From the NCBI GenBank assembly GCA_963829525.1, contig CAWHIJ010000003.1, positions 1,696,001 through 1,760,000 on the forward strand: DNA of 64,000 bases, in the 5' to 3' direction. The notes under the pieces are model-generated. The model had not been told where the DNA came from. It saw nothing but the letters and a program-made list of their open reading frames with translations, and made no database searches. Below, piece after piece: positions 43,567-52,697 of the stretch. Both the position numbers and the translations under genes were made by a program. This stretch comes from an uncultured Actinomycetota bacterium. Its GTDB lineage: Bacteria > Actinomycetota > Actinomycetes > JAHEKZ01. Position 1 is the first letter of the stretch; each line of letters opens with the position of its first letter.

Positions 43567-44517
43567 ATGACCGGCACCCACGTAGTCCTCGGTGGCACTG
43601 GCGGAATCGGCGGCGCGTTGGCCGTAGCCCTGCAGTCCCAAGGACGGGCGGTACTCGTCGTCAGCCGGAGTGGGAACCGGCCGGCCACGATGACAGGGGA
43701 GACCGACGGGGTGGAGACGCTGGCCGCCGACCTGACCGACCCTGCGGGGCTGGCCAGCGCGGTGAAGGGTGCTGCGGTGGTCTACCACTGCGCCCAGCCC
43801 GAGTACACCCGGTGGTCGGAGGAGTTCCCCCAGCTGACCACCGGGATCGCCGACGCGTGTGAGCGCGCCGGTGCCCGGCTGGTGTTCGCGGACAACCTGT
43901 ACATGTACGGGCCGGTGGACGGTCCCATCGTGGAGGGGAGTCCGACCCGTCCGACATCGAAGAAGGGCCGGCTTCGACTCGCGATGGCCCAAGACCTGTT
44001 GGCACGGCACGAGGCTGGACGACTCGAAGTGGTGCTGGGTCGAGCCTCTGACTACTACGGTCCCGGCGGTGCTGGATCGACGCCCGGCGCGCTGCTCTTC
44101 ACGCCGCTGGCCAATGGCAAGACGCCGCGCTGGATGGGCCGCCTGGATCAGCCACACACCCTGCACTACCTCCCCGATGTCGGGCGTGCGCTCGCCGCTC
44201 TGGGCAGTTCAGAATCGGTCACCGGACGGGCGTGGATCCTGCCAGCTGCGCCGGCTCGCACCGGGGCGGAGTGGATCTCCGCAGCGCGTGCCGCAGCCGG
44301 CCGGAGCGGGCGCCCGAAGGTGCTGGCCCCCTGGCAGAACCGCATGGCTGGAGTGTTTGTCCCCATGGTGCGCGAGCTGAACGAGATCATGGACCAGTTC
44401 ACGTCACCCTTCGTCAGCTGTGACACCGAGTTCCGTGACCGGTTTGGCGACTCGGGCTGGGTGACCTCCGTCGATGAGGCCATGGCGGAGACGGTTCGCT
44501 GGTTCGCCGGTAACTGA
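43567..44517 (+). CDS. NAD-dependent epimerase/dehydratase family (atypical SDR)
   Basis: GGTGGIG, DNLYMYG, RASDYYGP; AAGGAGG RBS before ATG 43567. Confidence 0.88.
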   Translation: MTGTHVVLGGTGGIGGALAVALQSQGRAVLVVSRSGNRPATMTGETDGVETLAADLTDPAGLASAVKGAAVVYHCAQPEYTRWSEEFPQLTTGIADACERAGARLVFADNLYMYGPVDGPIVEGSPTRPTSKKGRLRLAMAQDLLARHEAGRLEVVLGRASDYYGPGGAGSTPGALLFTPLANGKTPRWMGRLDQPHTLHYLPDVGRALAALGSSESVTGRAWILPAAPARTGAEWISAARAAAGRSGRPKVLAPWQNRMAGVFVPMVRELNEIMDQFTSPFVSCDTEFRDRFGDSGWVTSVDEAMAETVRWFAGN

Positions 44518-44693
44518 GGGGTAGCGAAGCGGCCTGCTGGATCGCCTGGGGTAGCCGCTCGTGACCCCTCGCTAACGGCCAAGAGCGGGGGTCTATCTTC
44601 TCGTATTGACATAATGTCGATTATCGGCGGTTTGCTCTGACCAGCTCCTCCAAAGGGCTTGGATCACTCGATGCACCTGGGTACCTTCCTTCT

Positions 44694-45380
44694 GTGACTT
44701 CAAGGTGTCGCTGGCGACCCCGTGTTCTCCTCCTCACGGGCATCGGTCTGGCACTTGTAGGGACCTTGGCTCTTCCCGCTGACGGAGCCACTGTTGTCGG
44801 GCTCTGGCACATGGACGACACCGGCTCAGTGATGAACGACTCATCGCCGAACAATCTGGACGGCACAATCTCATCGAATGTCGTCACCGGAGTCGACGGC
44901 TCAATCGATGACGCTTTTTCATTCCCGAGGAAGCCGTCGACGGTGACAGTGCCCAACTCGACGAAGCTCAACCCCGGCACCAGCACGTTTACCGTCAGCG
45001 TTCGGGTGATGTTCTCCGATAACCCGTCCTCGTCCGTCGGTGATTTTGACCTGGTTCGGAAGGGCCTTAGCTCGACTAACGGAGGCGATTGGAAGTTGGA
45101 GATTCTGCAGAACGGCTACGCCTTCTGTCAGTTCCAGGGGTCAAGTGGCAAAGTTACTGTTCGTCGCGGGCCTGATCTGTCCGATGGACGCTGGCACACC
45201 ATCAGCTGCACGCGTTACGGCTCTAGTGTCCGCCTCTCCGTCGATGGTTCTGTGACGAGCAACAGTGGCTCGACGGGCACCATCGCGAACACGAGTGCCA
45301 TGTACGTCGGTGCCAAGAGCCCGGCAGGTGCGGACCAGTACATCGGCCGCTTGGATGAGTTGCAGATTACGCGGGGCTAG
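44694..45380 (+). CDS. Secreted LamG/concanavalin A-like jelly-roll protein
   Basis: Signal peptide; W.MDD…DSS.N..G, DGRWHTI, L.VDG, G.LDEL.I motifs. Confidence 0.78.
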   Translation: MTSRCRWRPRVLLLTGIGLALVGTLALPADGATVVGLWHMDDTGSVMNDSSPNNLDGTISSNVVTGVDGSIDDAFSFPRKPSTVTVPNSTKLNPGTSTFTVSVRVMFSDNPSSSVGDFDLVRKGLSSTNGGDWKLEILQNGYAFCQFQGSSGKVTVRRGPDLSDGRWHTISCTRYGSSVRLSVDGSVTSNSGSTGTIANTSAMYVGAKSPAGADQYIGRLDELQITRG

Positions 45381-46213
45381 GTTGATTCTCCCTGCTTCGA
45401 CTGGACTACTGGGTGGAGGAACTCGCGAATCGCGTCGATGAGTAGTGCCGGCGCCTCTAGTTGCGGAAGGTGTGCGACTCCGCCGAGTTCTGTGAACGTG
45501 GCGCCCGGAACCATGGCCACGAGTTGCTGCCCGATCGCTCTCAGGTCGGTCACGTCGAGATCACCACACAGAACCTCGGTCGGGACGGCAATCTCCCCCA
45601 GTCGTGGCCAGGCGTCAGGCAAAATGGCCGGGTCACCGGGATCCGGTGACCGTAGTGCCTGCCCATTCATCTGCAGGAAGAGCTCGCGCGCTGCTCCCGA
45701 CACTCGGCCCTCGGGCGACGTTGGTCCGTCCAACCAGAGATGGGCCTCCAGACGGTTGGCGTCGTCGATACGACCTTCCGCGGCTGCCTGTTCGGCTGCC
45801 TCGTCAAGTGCGGTTTCGGTCCCAGTTGGGTCCGGGTAGGGCGCACCGCGAACAGCCGGCGCGATCAGCAACAGGGCTGCAACTCGGCCCGGATGGGCAA
45901 GCGCCAAGTCGATCGCTGTCCGACCACCAAGTGATGATGCGACCAAGACGGCACGCTCTGAGCCCACAGCATCGAGCACCTGAAGCGCGTCGGCGACCGC
46001 GGACCACCCGGGTTCGAGCTGATAAGTCGTTTCGCCAAATCCCCTGGCGTCAAACGTGATGCATCGATGGCGATCGGACAACGCCGCCACTACCGACCGC
46101 CAGCTGCGTTTGTCCGTCACCCCGGCATGCAGAAAGAGCAGGTCGAGATTCTGGCGATTTGCGCCATCGCCTATCGCGACCGAGAGCGTGGCTTGACCTG
46201 AGGTTACGTTCAC
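45377..46213 (-). CDS. Alpha/beta hydrolase
   Basis: LHAG, DARGFG, ASSLGG nucleophile elbow, GDLD, AHLP; GTG at 46213 overlaps upstream stop. Confidence 0.88.
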   Translation of the reverse strand: MNVTSGQATLSVAIGDGANRQNLDLLFLHAGVTDKRSWRSVVAALSDRHRCITFDARGFGETTYQLEPGWSAVADALQVLDAVGSERAVLVASSLGGRTAIDLALAHPGRVAALLLIAPAVRGAPYPDPTGTETALDEAAEQAAAEGRIDDANRLEAHLWLDGPTSPEGRVSGAARELFLQMNGQALRSPDPGDPAILPDAWPRLGEIAVPTEVLCGDLDVTDLRAIGQQLVAMVPGATFTELGGVAHLPQLEAPALLIDAIREFLHPVVQSKQGEST

Positions 46214-47397
46214 GGCTGGCCGCGACCGGCTCTGACGCGACCGGCTCTGATAAGCGCAGTGACATGCTGCGCGACCCTTTGTTTCTGTGCCCGCAACGCT
46301 GGGAGGCGACCTCCGAATGGACTCATGCCTGCGCTGGGCGGTTGCACCGGCTCGGCCAGGTCGTCGGCCAGGGCCCATCCGCTGCCGAGCTTGACCAGAG
46401 ATTCGTGTTTCGTCCGGTAGTAGTCCTTCGACACCGGGACCGCCACTCCCCAGGCACCAACTGCAGCGGCGAGCAAGTGGGGATGGAATCGGGTACTGAT
46501 CCAACGCTGGCCGGGGTTGACAGGTAGACCCGACCGCCACAGATCCGCGAACGGAAGTAGCCGAAGCGCCGGGAGATGGACTGCCAGGAGCGGCATCACC
46601 ACGCTGTCGTCGGGTGGCAGACACTCGACAAGCGTGACTGGTTGGGTATCCGCCTCCCACGCCTGAAGCGTGCGAACCACGTAGTCAGCGATCTCTGTCA
46701 ACGGACGCTCGATGTGGTCTGACTGGATGCACAGCATCGTGCCGGCCGAACCATGGGCGGCACGAGATGGGGTGCCGCTGAGGGAGAGCAGCGCATCATC
46801 GCCCGTGAGGGTGGCGCGAGGGACCTTTGTCCGGATAGCCGTGTACGAGGCCTCGTCTCTGACGTCGACAACATCGAACTGGGATAGGGCGCTCCCGAGG
46901 GCGTCCCCACTACCTTCAGCGAGTGGAATCAGTCCCGCCCCGGTCATCGCTACGCGGCTTCCGTAGCGATGCGCAATAGCGCGCGCAGCACCCACCAGGG
47001 CCAGGTGATGGGGCCAGATGCCATTGAGGTAGCCACCACCGAGGATGTGCACCAGGTCGACGCGCTCCAGGCCCAGTACCCCCGAGACCTCTCGAGGTAT
47101 GAGCCGAGGATTGGTCAGGACGCGGCCACCGAAGGCGATGGCCTCCGCCGGGTCGTCGGTCGGCGCGTTCCAGCAGGCGTGAAAGAGCGTGTCGACACAC
47201 CGCAGCCCAGGGTGAATGCCGTCAAACAAGACCGCAGCCTGACCGGGACGCGGGGTGTCCAGCCATACCTCTGCATCTGGAAAAGTGTGCGCGAGCTCGC
47301 GCAGCCATCCCGCGGTGATCAGCTCATCACCGTAGTTCGGGTGGCCAGCTGTTGCGATCAGGTAGATGACCGGTGGCTTCGGCTTCTTCAGGAACAC
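46210..47397 (-). CDS. Polysaccharide pyruvyl transferase family protein
   Basis: GHPNYGDELI, GGGY, VRD..S, STRFH. Confidence 0.85.
   Translation of the reverse strand: MFLKKPKPPVIYLIATAGHPNYGDELITAGWLRELAHTFPDAEVWLDTPRPGQAAVLFDGIHPGLRCVDTLFHACWNAPTDDPAEAIAFGGRVLTNPRLIPREVSGVLGLERVDLVHILGGGYLNGIWPHHLALVGAARAIAHRYGSRVAMTGAGLIPLAEGSGDALGSALSQFDVVDVRDEASYTAIRTKVPRATLTGDDALLSLSGTPSRAAHGSAGTMLCIQSDHIERPLTEIADYVVRTLQAWEADTQPVTLVECLPPDDSVVMPLLAVHLPALRLLPFADLWRSGLPVNPGQRWISTRFHPHLLAAAVGAWGVAVPVSKDYYRTKHESLVKLGSGWALADDLAEPVQPPSAGMSPFGGRLPALRAQKQRVAQHVTALIRAGRVRAGRGQP
46221..46250. repeat. Perfect 15-bp tandem duplication at the 3' end of the pyruvyl transferase gene
   Basis: cgcgaccggctctga x2 (IRAGR/VRAGR). 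Confidence 0.8.
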
Positions 47398-47545
47398 GTG
47401 TACAGCTCCTCATTGTCCGGAGTGCAGTTTACGGCCGGAGGCCAGACTCGATTGGGCGCCTCCGGCGCCGGCCTGCCCACAGTCCAACGACTCTGGTGAG
47501 GCCGCCACAGGTGAGATATCCCTGAGTTGAGCTAAGGAGGACATC

Positions 47546-48658
47546 ATGGCGTTCATCGAGTTTCCGGAGGTCGACGCGTTCGGGCCAGAACAGGTCATCG
47601 TGGTCAACGACGCGGCGCTTGGCCTGACCGGGTACGTCGTTGTCGACAATCTCGCTGCCGGCCCGGCCATCGGGGGCGTGCGCATGGCTGCCGACGTTTC
47701 TGTCATGGAAGTGGCGCGTCTGGCCAGAGCCATGACGCTGAAAAACGCCATGGCCGGGCTTCCGCACGGTGGCGCCAAGGGTGGCATCGTCGGCGACCCC
47801 ACCATGCCTCGCGAGGTCAAGGTGGCGCTGGTCCGTGCATTCGGCTCCCGCATCCGCGATGTCGCCGGGTACATCCCTGGACCCGACATGGGGCTGGACG
47901 AGGGCTTGATGGCTCACCTTCGTGAAACGTGCGGTCGCGCCGTTGGACTCCCCCCGGTTCTCGGCGGAATCCCGTTGGACGTGCTGGGCGCCACGGGCTT
48001 TGGGCTCGCGGTGTCGGTTGAGGTAGCTGCCGAACGCGGACTCATCGAGCTCGAGGGGGCGCGGGTTGTGGTTCAGGGCTTCGGGTCGGTCGGCCAGCAC
48101 ACTGCGCGCTTCCTCAGCGAACGCGGCGCGGTTTTGGTGGCCGCCTCCGACAGCCGTGGCGCGGTCAGTTCCGCGGACGGCTTCAATGTCGCCGATCTGA
48201 TTGCCCACAAATGGGCCGCAGGTACCGTGACAGGGTTTCCCGGGTCGACCCAGGTGCCACCTGAGTCGTTGATATCGCTCCCGTGCGACATCTGGGTTCC
48301 AGCAGCACGTCCTGACGTCTTCAACGCTGGTAACGCATCGGAACTTCAGGCGAAGATCCTTCTCGAGGGCGCGAACATTCCAGCGAGCCCAGAGGCTGAG
48401 GAAGCACTGCACACGAGGGGGGTGCTGGTTCTTCCCGACTTCGTGGCTAACGCTGGAGGAGTGATCTGCGCTGCGGTCGAGTATGCAGGCGGAACGTCCT
48501 CGCAGGCCTTCGCCGTCATCGAGGAACGGATTCGCACCAACACCGTTCAGATGCTCGACATGGCGACCGAGACGGGGCAGCCTCCCCGAGTGGTGGCACA
48601 GCACCTCGCCCAGTCGAGGGTCACGGAGGCGATGAGTTACCACCGGCCCCGTGGCTGA
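47546..48658 (+). CDS. Glu/Leu/Phe/Val dehydrogenase
   Basis: GGVRM, MTLKNA, GGAKGG, GPDMG, QGFGSVG, EGAN, PDFVANAGGV; AAGGAGG RBS. Confidence 0.93.
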   Translation: MAFIEFPEVDAFGPEQVIVVNDAALGLTGYVVVDNLAAGPAIGGVRMAADVSVMEVARLARAMTLKNAMAGLPHGGAKGGIVGDPTMPREVKVALVRAFGSRIRDVAGYIPGPDMGLDEGLMAHLRETCGRAVGLPPVLGGIPLDVLGATGFGLAVSVEVAAERGLIELEGARVVVQGFGSVGQHTARFLSERGAVLVAASDSRGAVSSADGFNVADLIAHKWAAGTVTGFPGSTQVPPESLISLPCDIWVPAARPDVFNAGNASELQAKILLEGANIPASPEAEEALHTRGVLVLPDFVANAGGVICAAVEYAGGTSSQAFAVIEERIRTNTVQMLDMATETGQPPRVVAQHLAQSRVTEAMSYHRPRG

Positions 48659-48675
48659 ACCGACAACTGGCGCGC

Positions 48676-48707
48676 TAATGCGGAACACGCGTTCCGCATT
48701 ACGGAAC
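48676..48707. promoter_or_regulatory. Overlapping palindromes upstream of fhs (operator or hairpin)
   Basis: TAATGCGGAAC-ACGC-GTTCCGCATTA (11-bp arms) overlapping GTTCCG-CATTA-CGGAAC. Confidence 0.55.
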
Positions 48708-48768
48708 ATTGCGATCCAGCGGGACCAATGGCCTGGATCGGCAGGCATCTCTACGTCAAGGTATCTCC

Positions 48769-50469
48769 GTGAGCATCCCCAGTGACCTTGACATCGCCCG
48801 TGCGTCCACCGTTCGCCCCATAGGCGACATCACAGCCTCGATGGGCCTCCCCGAGCATCTGTGGGAACCGTATGGACGCGAGATCGGAAAAGTCAGCCTC
48901 GATGCGATTGAGGAGCTCGCCGACCGTCCTCCGGCGAAGTACATCCTCGTCACAGCGATCACCCCCACGCCCCTCGGCGAGGGGAAGACCACAACCTCGA
49001 TCGGACTGGCCCAGGGATTCGGACACATCGGTAAGCGGGCCACCCTGGCTTTGCGTCAACCCTCCATGGGGCCGACGTTCGGGATCAAGGGTGGGGCCGC
49101 TGGTGGTGGGTACAGCCAGGTCATCCCGATGGAGAAGCTCAACCTGCACCTCACCGGTGACTTCCATGCCATCACCGCTGCACACAACCTTCTGGCTGCG
49201 ATAGTCGACAACCACCTGTACCAGGGAAACGAGCTCGGCCTCGACCCACACGCCATCGAGTGGCGCCGGGTCATGGACGTCAATGACCGTGCCCTGCGCA
49301 ACGTCGTTGTCGGCCTCGGGACGCGCCTCGATGGTGTCCCCCGCCAAACGGGTTTCGACATCACCGCGGCCAGCGAGCTCATGGTTCTTCTCGCGCTCGC
49401 GACGTCAGAGAAGGACCTGCGCGAGCGCGTCGGGAAGATCGTGGTCGGCTACACCAAGTCTGGCGAGCCGGTGACTGCCGAAGACCTCAAGGTGGCTGGC
49501 TCCATGGCGGTCATCTTGCGAGACGCGCTGAAGCCCAACGTGCTGCAGACGATCGAGGGTCAGCCCGCACTTGTGCACACAGGCCCCTTTGGCAACATCG
49601 CGACAGGGCAGTCATCGATCGTCGCCGACATGATCGGTATCCGCACCGGTGACTACCTGATCACCGAGGCCGGGTTCGGCGCCGACATCGGAGCTGAGAA
49701 GTTTTTCGACATGAAGTGCCGGTTGTCTGGCCTGACGCCCTCGGCAGCGGTCGTTGTGGCCACTGTTCGAGCGCTCAAGGCCCACTCGGGACGCCATTCG
49801 ATCAAGCCGGGTAAGCCGCTACCGCCAGAATTGCTGGCTGAGAACCCTGACGAGGTGGCAACCGGTGGCGCCAACCTGCGTAAGCACCTCGAGAACCTCA
49901 AGAAGTTCGGGATCACGCCGGTCGTGGCGATCAATGCGTTCCCCACCGACCACCCGAGTGAGCACGCGATCATCGCCGAAATCGCTGCCGAGGCTGGAGC
50001 ACGTTCTGCCGTAGCCACCCACGTCGTAGACGGCGGCGCAGGTGCGGTCGACCTGGCACGCGTCGTCGAGGAAGTGGCGAACGAGCCCAACGACTTCAAG
50101 TTCCTGTACCCGCTGGAGGACACGATCGAGAAGAAGATCGAGACGATCGCTACCGAGCTCTACGGAGCGACCGGCGTCGACTTCACTCCCGCTGCGGCGG
50201 CTCAGGCCAAGAAGTACGCGGCCCTCGGCTACGGCAACTTGCCGATCGTCATCGCCAAGACCCACCTGTCGATCACCAGCGACGCGAGTCTGCTCGGCGC
50301 TCCGCAGAACTGGGGGCCGTTGCCCGTTCGTGAGTTGCGCCTTGCCGCTGGTGCTGGCTACGTCTACGCCGTCTGCGGAGAGATCCGGACGATGCCAGGG
50401 CTCTCCAGTCACCCTGCGGCGGAGCGGATCGATATCGACGCTGACGGGAACATCGTCGGCCTCTCCTAG
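48769..50469 (+). CDS. fhs: Formate--tetrahydrofolate ligase
   Basis: TPTPLGEGKTTT, GIKGGAAGGGYSQV, HTGPFGNIA, TEAGFGAD, MPGL. Confidence 0.97.
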   Translation: MSIPSDLDIARASTVRPIGDITASMGLPEHLWEPYGREIGKVSLDAIEELADRPPAKYILVTAITPTPLGEGKTTTSIGLAQGFGHIGKRATLALRQPSMGPTFGIKGGAAGGGYSQVIPMEKLNLHLTGDFHAITAAHNLLAAIVDNHLYQGNELGLDPHAIEWRRVMDVNDRALRNVVVGLGTRLDGVPRQTGFDITAASELMVLLALATSEKDLRERVGKIVVGYTKSGEPVTAEDLKVAGSMAVILRDALKPNVLQTIEGQPALVHTGPFGNIATGQSSIVADMIGIRTGDYLITEAGFGADIGAEKFFDMKCRLSGLTPSAAVVVATVRALKAHSGRHSIKPGKPLPPELLAENPDEVATGGANLRKHLENLKKFGITPVVAINAFPTDHPSEHAIIAEIAAEAGARSAVATHVVDGGAGAVDLARVVEEVANEPNDFKFLYPLEDTIEKKIETIATELYGATGVDFTPAAAAQAKKYAALGYGNLPIVIAKTHLSITSDASLLGAPQNWGPLPVRELRLAAGAGYVYAVCGEIRTMPGLSSHPAAERIDIDADGNIVGLS

Positions 50470-50517
50470 GCTCGCCGCTCGCCAGAGTGGCGATGGGTCT
50501 GTGAGGATGCTGCAGTG

Positions 50518-51891
50518 ATGACAGCATCAGATTCACCAACGTCCTTGGACGACCTGCGAGCTCGGGTCAGCGCCGTCATGCCAGGTGTCGTTGACGACCT
50601 CGCGCGGCTCGTGACGATTCCCTCGTGCGCCTTTCCCGGTTTTCCGGCAGAGCCGGTGCTCGAGATGGCCCGACAGACCGTCGCGCTGCTTCAGCGCAGC
50701 GGCTCGCTGAACGCACGGTTGCTGGAGGTAGCCGGCGGCTACCCAGTGGTTTACGCCGACCGCCCCGCTCCCCCGGGTGCACCGACGGTGCTGCTCTATG
50801 CGCACTACGACGTCCAACCCGCACCACCGGAGCAAGGCTGGACGATCGACCCCTGGAGCCCGATGGTTCGAGACGGCCGGCTCTATGGGCGGGGTGCCGC
50901 CGACGACAAGTCAGGCATCGCCATGCATGCGGCGACTCTTCAGGCCCTCGGTGATGATCTGTCAGTCGGCTTGCGCATCGTCATCGAGGGCGAGGAAGAG
51001 ACCGACTCGCACCTTGAGACCTTCGCCTTGGCAAACCCCGAGTTATTCACCGCCGACGTCTACGTCATCGCAGACGGTGGCAACGAGCAGGTTGGCCAAC
51101 CGGTCATCGAAGTCACGACGCGGGGCGGAGTGGTACTCGACGTCGAGGTGACAACGCTCGACCGCCCGGTCCACTCCGGACTTTTCGGAGGAGGTGCGCC
51201 GGACGCCCTTATGGCACTGATGCGGCTGCTCGCCACCTTGCACGATGAGGCCGGAGACGTCACGGTGGCTGGACTTGCTGGCTCGGATTGGGAAGGCTGG
51301 GACACCGACGAGCGGCTCTTCCGGCGAGCATCGGGGATGCTCCCCGGTCAACCTCTCATCGGAACTGGGCGGCTCTCCAGCCGGCTGTGGTCCCGCCCAT
51401 CGATCTCGGTGATCGGCCTGGACGCGGCGCCAACGCATGGTGCTGTCAACGCACTCGCCCCACGTGCCAAGGCGACGGTCTCGATGCGGATCCCTCCGGT
51501 GGCCGACGCCGATCGAGAGTGCCAACTGTTGATCGACCACCTGACGGCCGCCGCTCCCTGGGGTGTGGGTGTCGACGTCAAGGCCACCGCGGTTTGGCCA
51601 GGGTGGACTACTTCACCTGACGGACCAGCCATGACGATCGCACGCGGCGCCATGGCAGATGTCTACGGCAAGGCCACCGAAGTCATCGGTAGCGGTGGCT
51701 CGATCCCCCTGCTCACAACGCTGGCGGAGATCAATCCTGCCGCCGAGTTCGTGTTGTGGGGCGCTGAGGACGGCGCGCAGGCCAACATCCACTCCGCCGA
51801 CGAAAGCGTTGACCTGGAGGAGCTTGAGCGGGCAGCACTGGCGCAGACGGTCTTCCTGCATCGACTGGGTGCTGGCGTTTTCCCCGGGTAG
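50518..51891 (+). CDS. M20 family metallopeptidase/dipeptidase
   Basis: YAHYDVQP, GRGAADDK, EGEEE, HSG, GGSIP, IHSADES. Confidence 0.92.
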   Translation: MTASDSPTSLDDLRARVSAVMPGVVDDLARLVTIPSCAFPGFPAEPVLEMARQTVALLQRSGSLNARLLEVAGGYPVVYADRPAPPGAPTVLLYAHYDVQPAPPEQGWTIDPWSPMVRDGRLYGRGAADDKSGIAMHAATLQALGDDLSVGLRIVIEGEEETDSHLETFALANPELFTADVYVIADGGNEQVGQPVIEVTTRGGVVLDVEVTTLDRPVHSGLFGGGAPDALMALMRLLATLHDEAGDVTVAGLAGSDWEGWDTDERLFRRASGMLPGQPLIGTGRLSSRLWSRPSISVIGLDAAPTHGAVNALAPRAKATVSMRIPPVADADRECQLLIDHLTAAAPWGVGVDVKATAVWPGWTTSPDGPAMTIARGAMADVYGKATEVIGSGGSIPLLTTLAEINPAAEFVLWGAEDGAQANIHSADESVDLEELERAALAQTVFLHRLGAGVFPG

Positions 51892-52697
51892 TGGTGCCGA
51901 CTTCAGGGGTTGCTCCCCCGCACCCATTTCTTGAGCACGATGGACCAATCCCGATGGTCCATCGCGGCGCTCCGTTGAACGGTGGCTCAGAGGTCGTCGA
52001 GAACACCGGGGCCGCGTTTCGTCGCGCCTATAGACGCGGATTCCGCTACTTCGAGACCGATGTCCGCGTCACGAGGGACGGCGTGCTGGTTGCGTGTCAT
52101 GATCACTCACTTCGTCGCGTGGCGGGTGAGCGAGTCCAGATCGCCAAGGTGACGTGGGGTGAGCTTTCGGAGATTCCAGTCGGTGACGAACCTCTCCCCC
52201 GGCTGGTCGACCTGATCGACGAGTACCCCGATGTGGCGTTCAACATCGATCCGAAGGTGGACGGGGCCGTACGACCACTTGTGTCGACGCTCCTCGAGCG
52301 CGACGTGCTTGCCCGAGTCTGTGTGGCGTCCTTCAGCGATGACCGCCTCAGGTGGGTACGGGCCGCCCTCGGATCGCGGGTCTGTACTGCCGCCGGCCCC
52401 GGCGAGCTGAGGAGAGCGATGCTGCAGATTGCCCGTGGTCAGTCGCTGGACCTCCCTGGCGTCAATGTGCTGCAAGTGCCGAGGTGGCTCAGTCGGGAGG
52501 CGCCCTGGCCGGGCCCGAGAAAGGCCGATCTCCTTGATGTCGCCAAGCGTGTCGACCTTCCGGTGCATGTCTGGACGGTCAACGATGGCGCAGAGATGGA
52601 ACAACTGCTGGCAAGGGGTGCGGGCGGCGTCATGAGCGATGACACCGACGTTCTCATGGAGGTCTTCACGGCCAACGGTTGGCGACCGCACTCGTGA
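51891..52697 (+). CDS. Cytoplasmic glycerophosphodiester phosphodiesterase
   Basis: HRG, ENT, ETDVRVTRDG….HD, VHVWTVND. Confidence 0.9.
   Translation: MVPTSGVAPPHPFLEHDGPIPMVHRGAPLNGGSEVVENTGAAFRRAYRRGFRYFETDVRVTRDGVLVACHDHSLRRVAGERVQIAKVTWGELSEIPVGDEPLPRLVDLIDEYPDVAFNIDPKVDGAVRPLVSTLLERDVLARVCVASFSDDRLRWVRAALGSRVCTAAGPGELRRAMLQIARGQSLDLPGVNVLQVPRWLSREAPWPGPRKADLLDVAKRVDLPVHVWTVNDGAEMEQLLARGAGGVMSDDTDVLMEVFTANGWRPHS

Noticed and set aside
47429-48748. 439-aa minus-strand ORF opposite the Glu/Leu/Phe/Val dehydrogenase
   Set aside because: Antisense shadow; the + strand gene has a clear RBS and family motifs.
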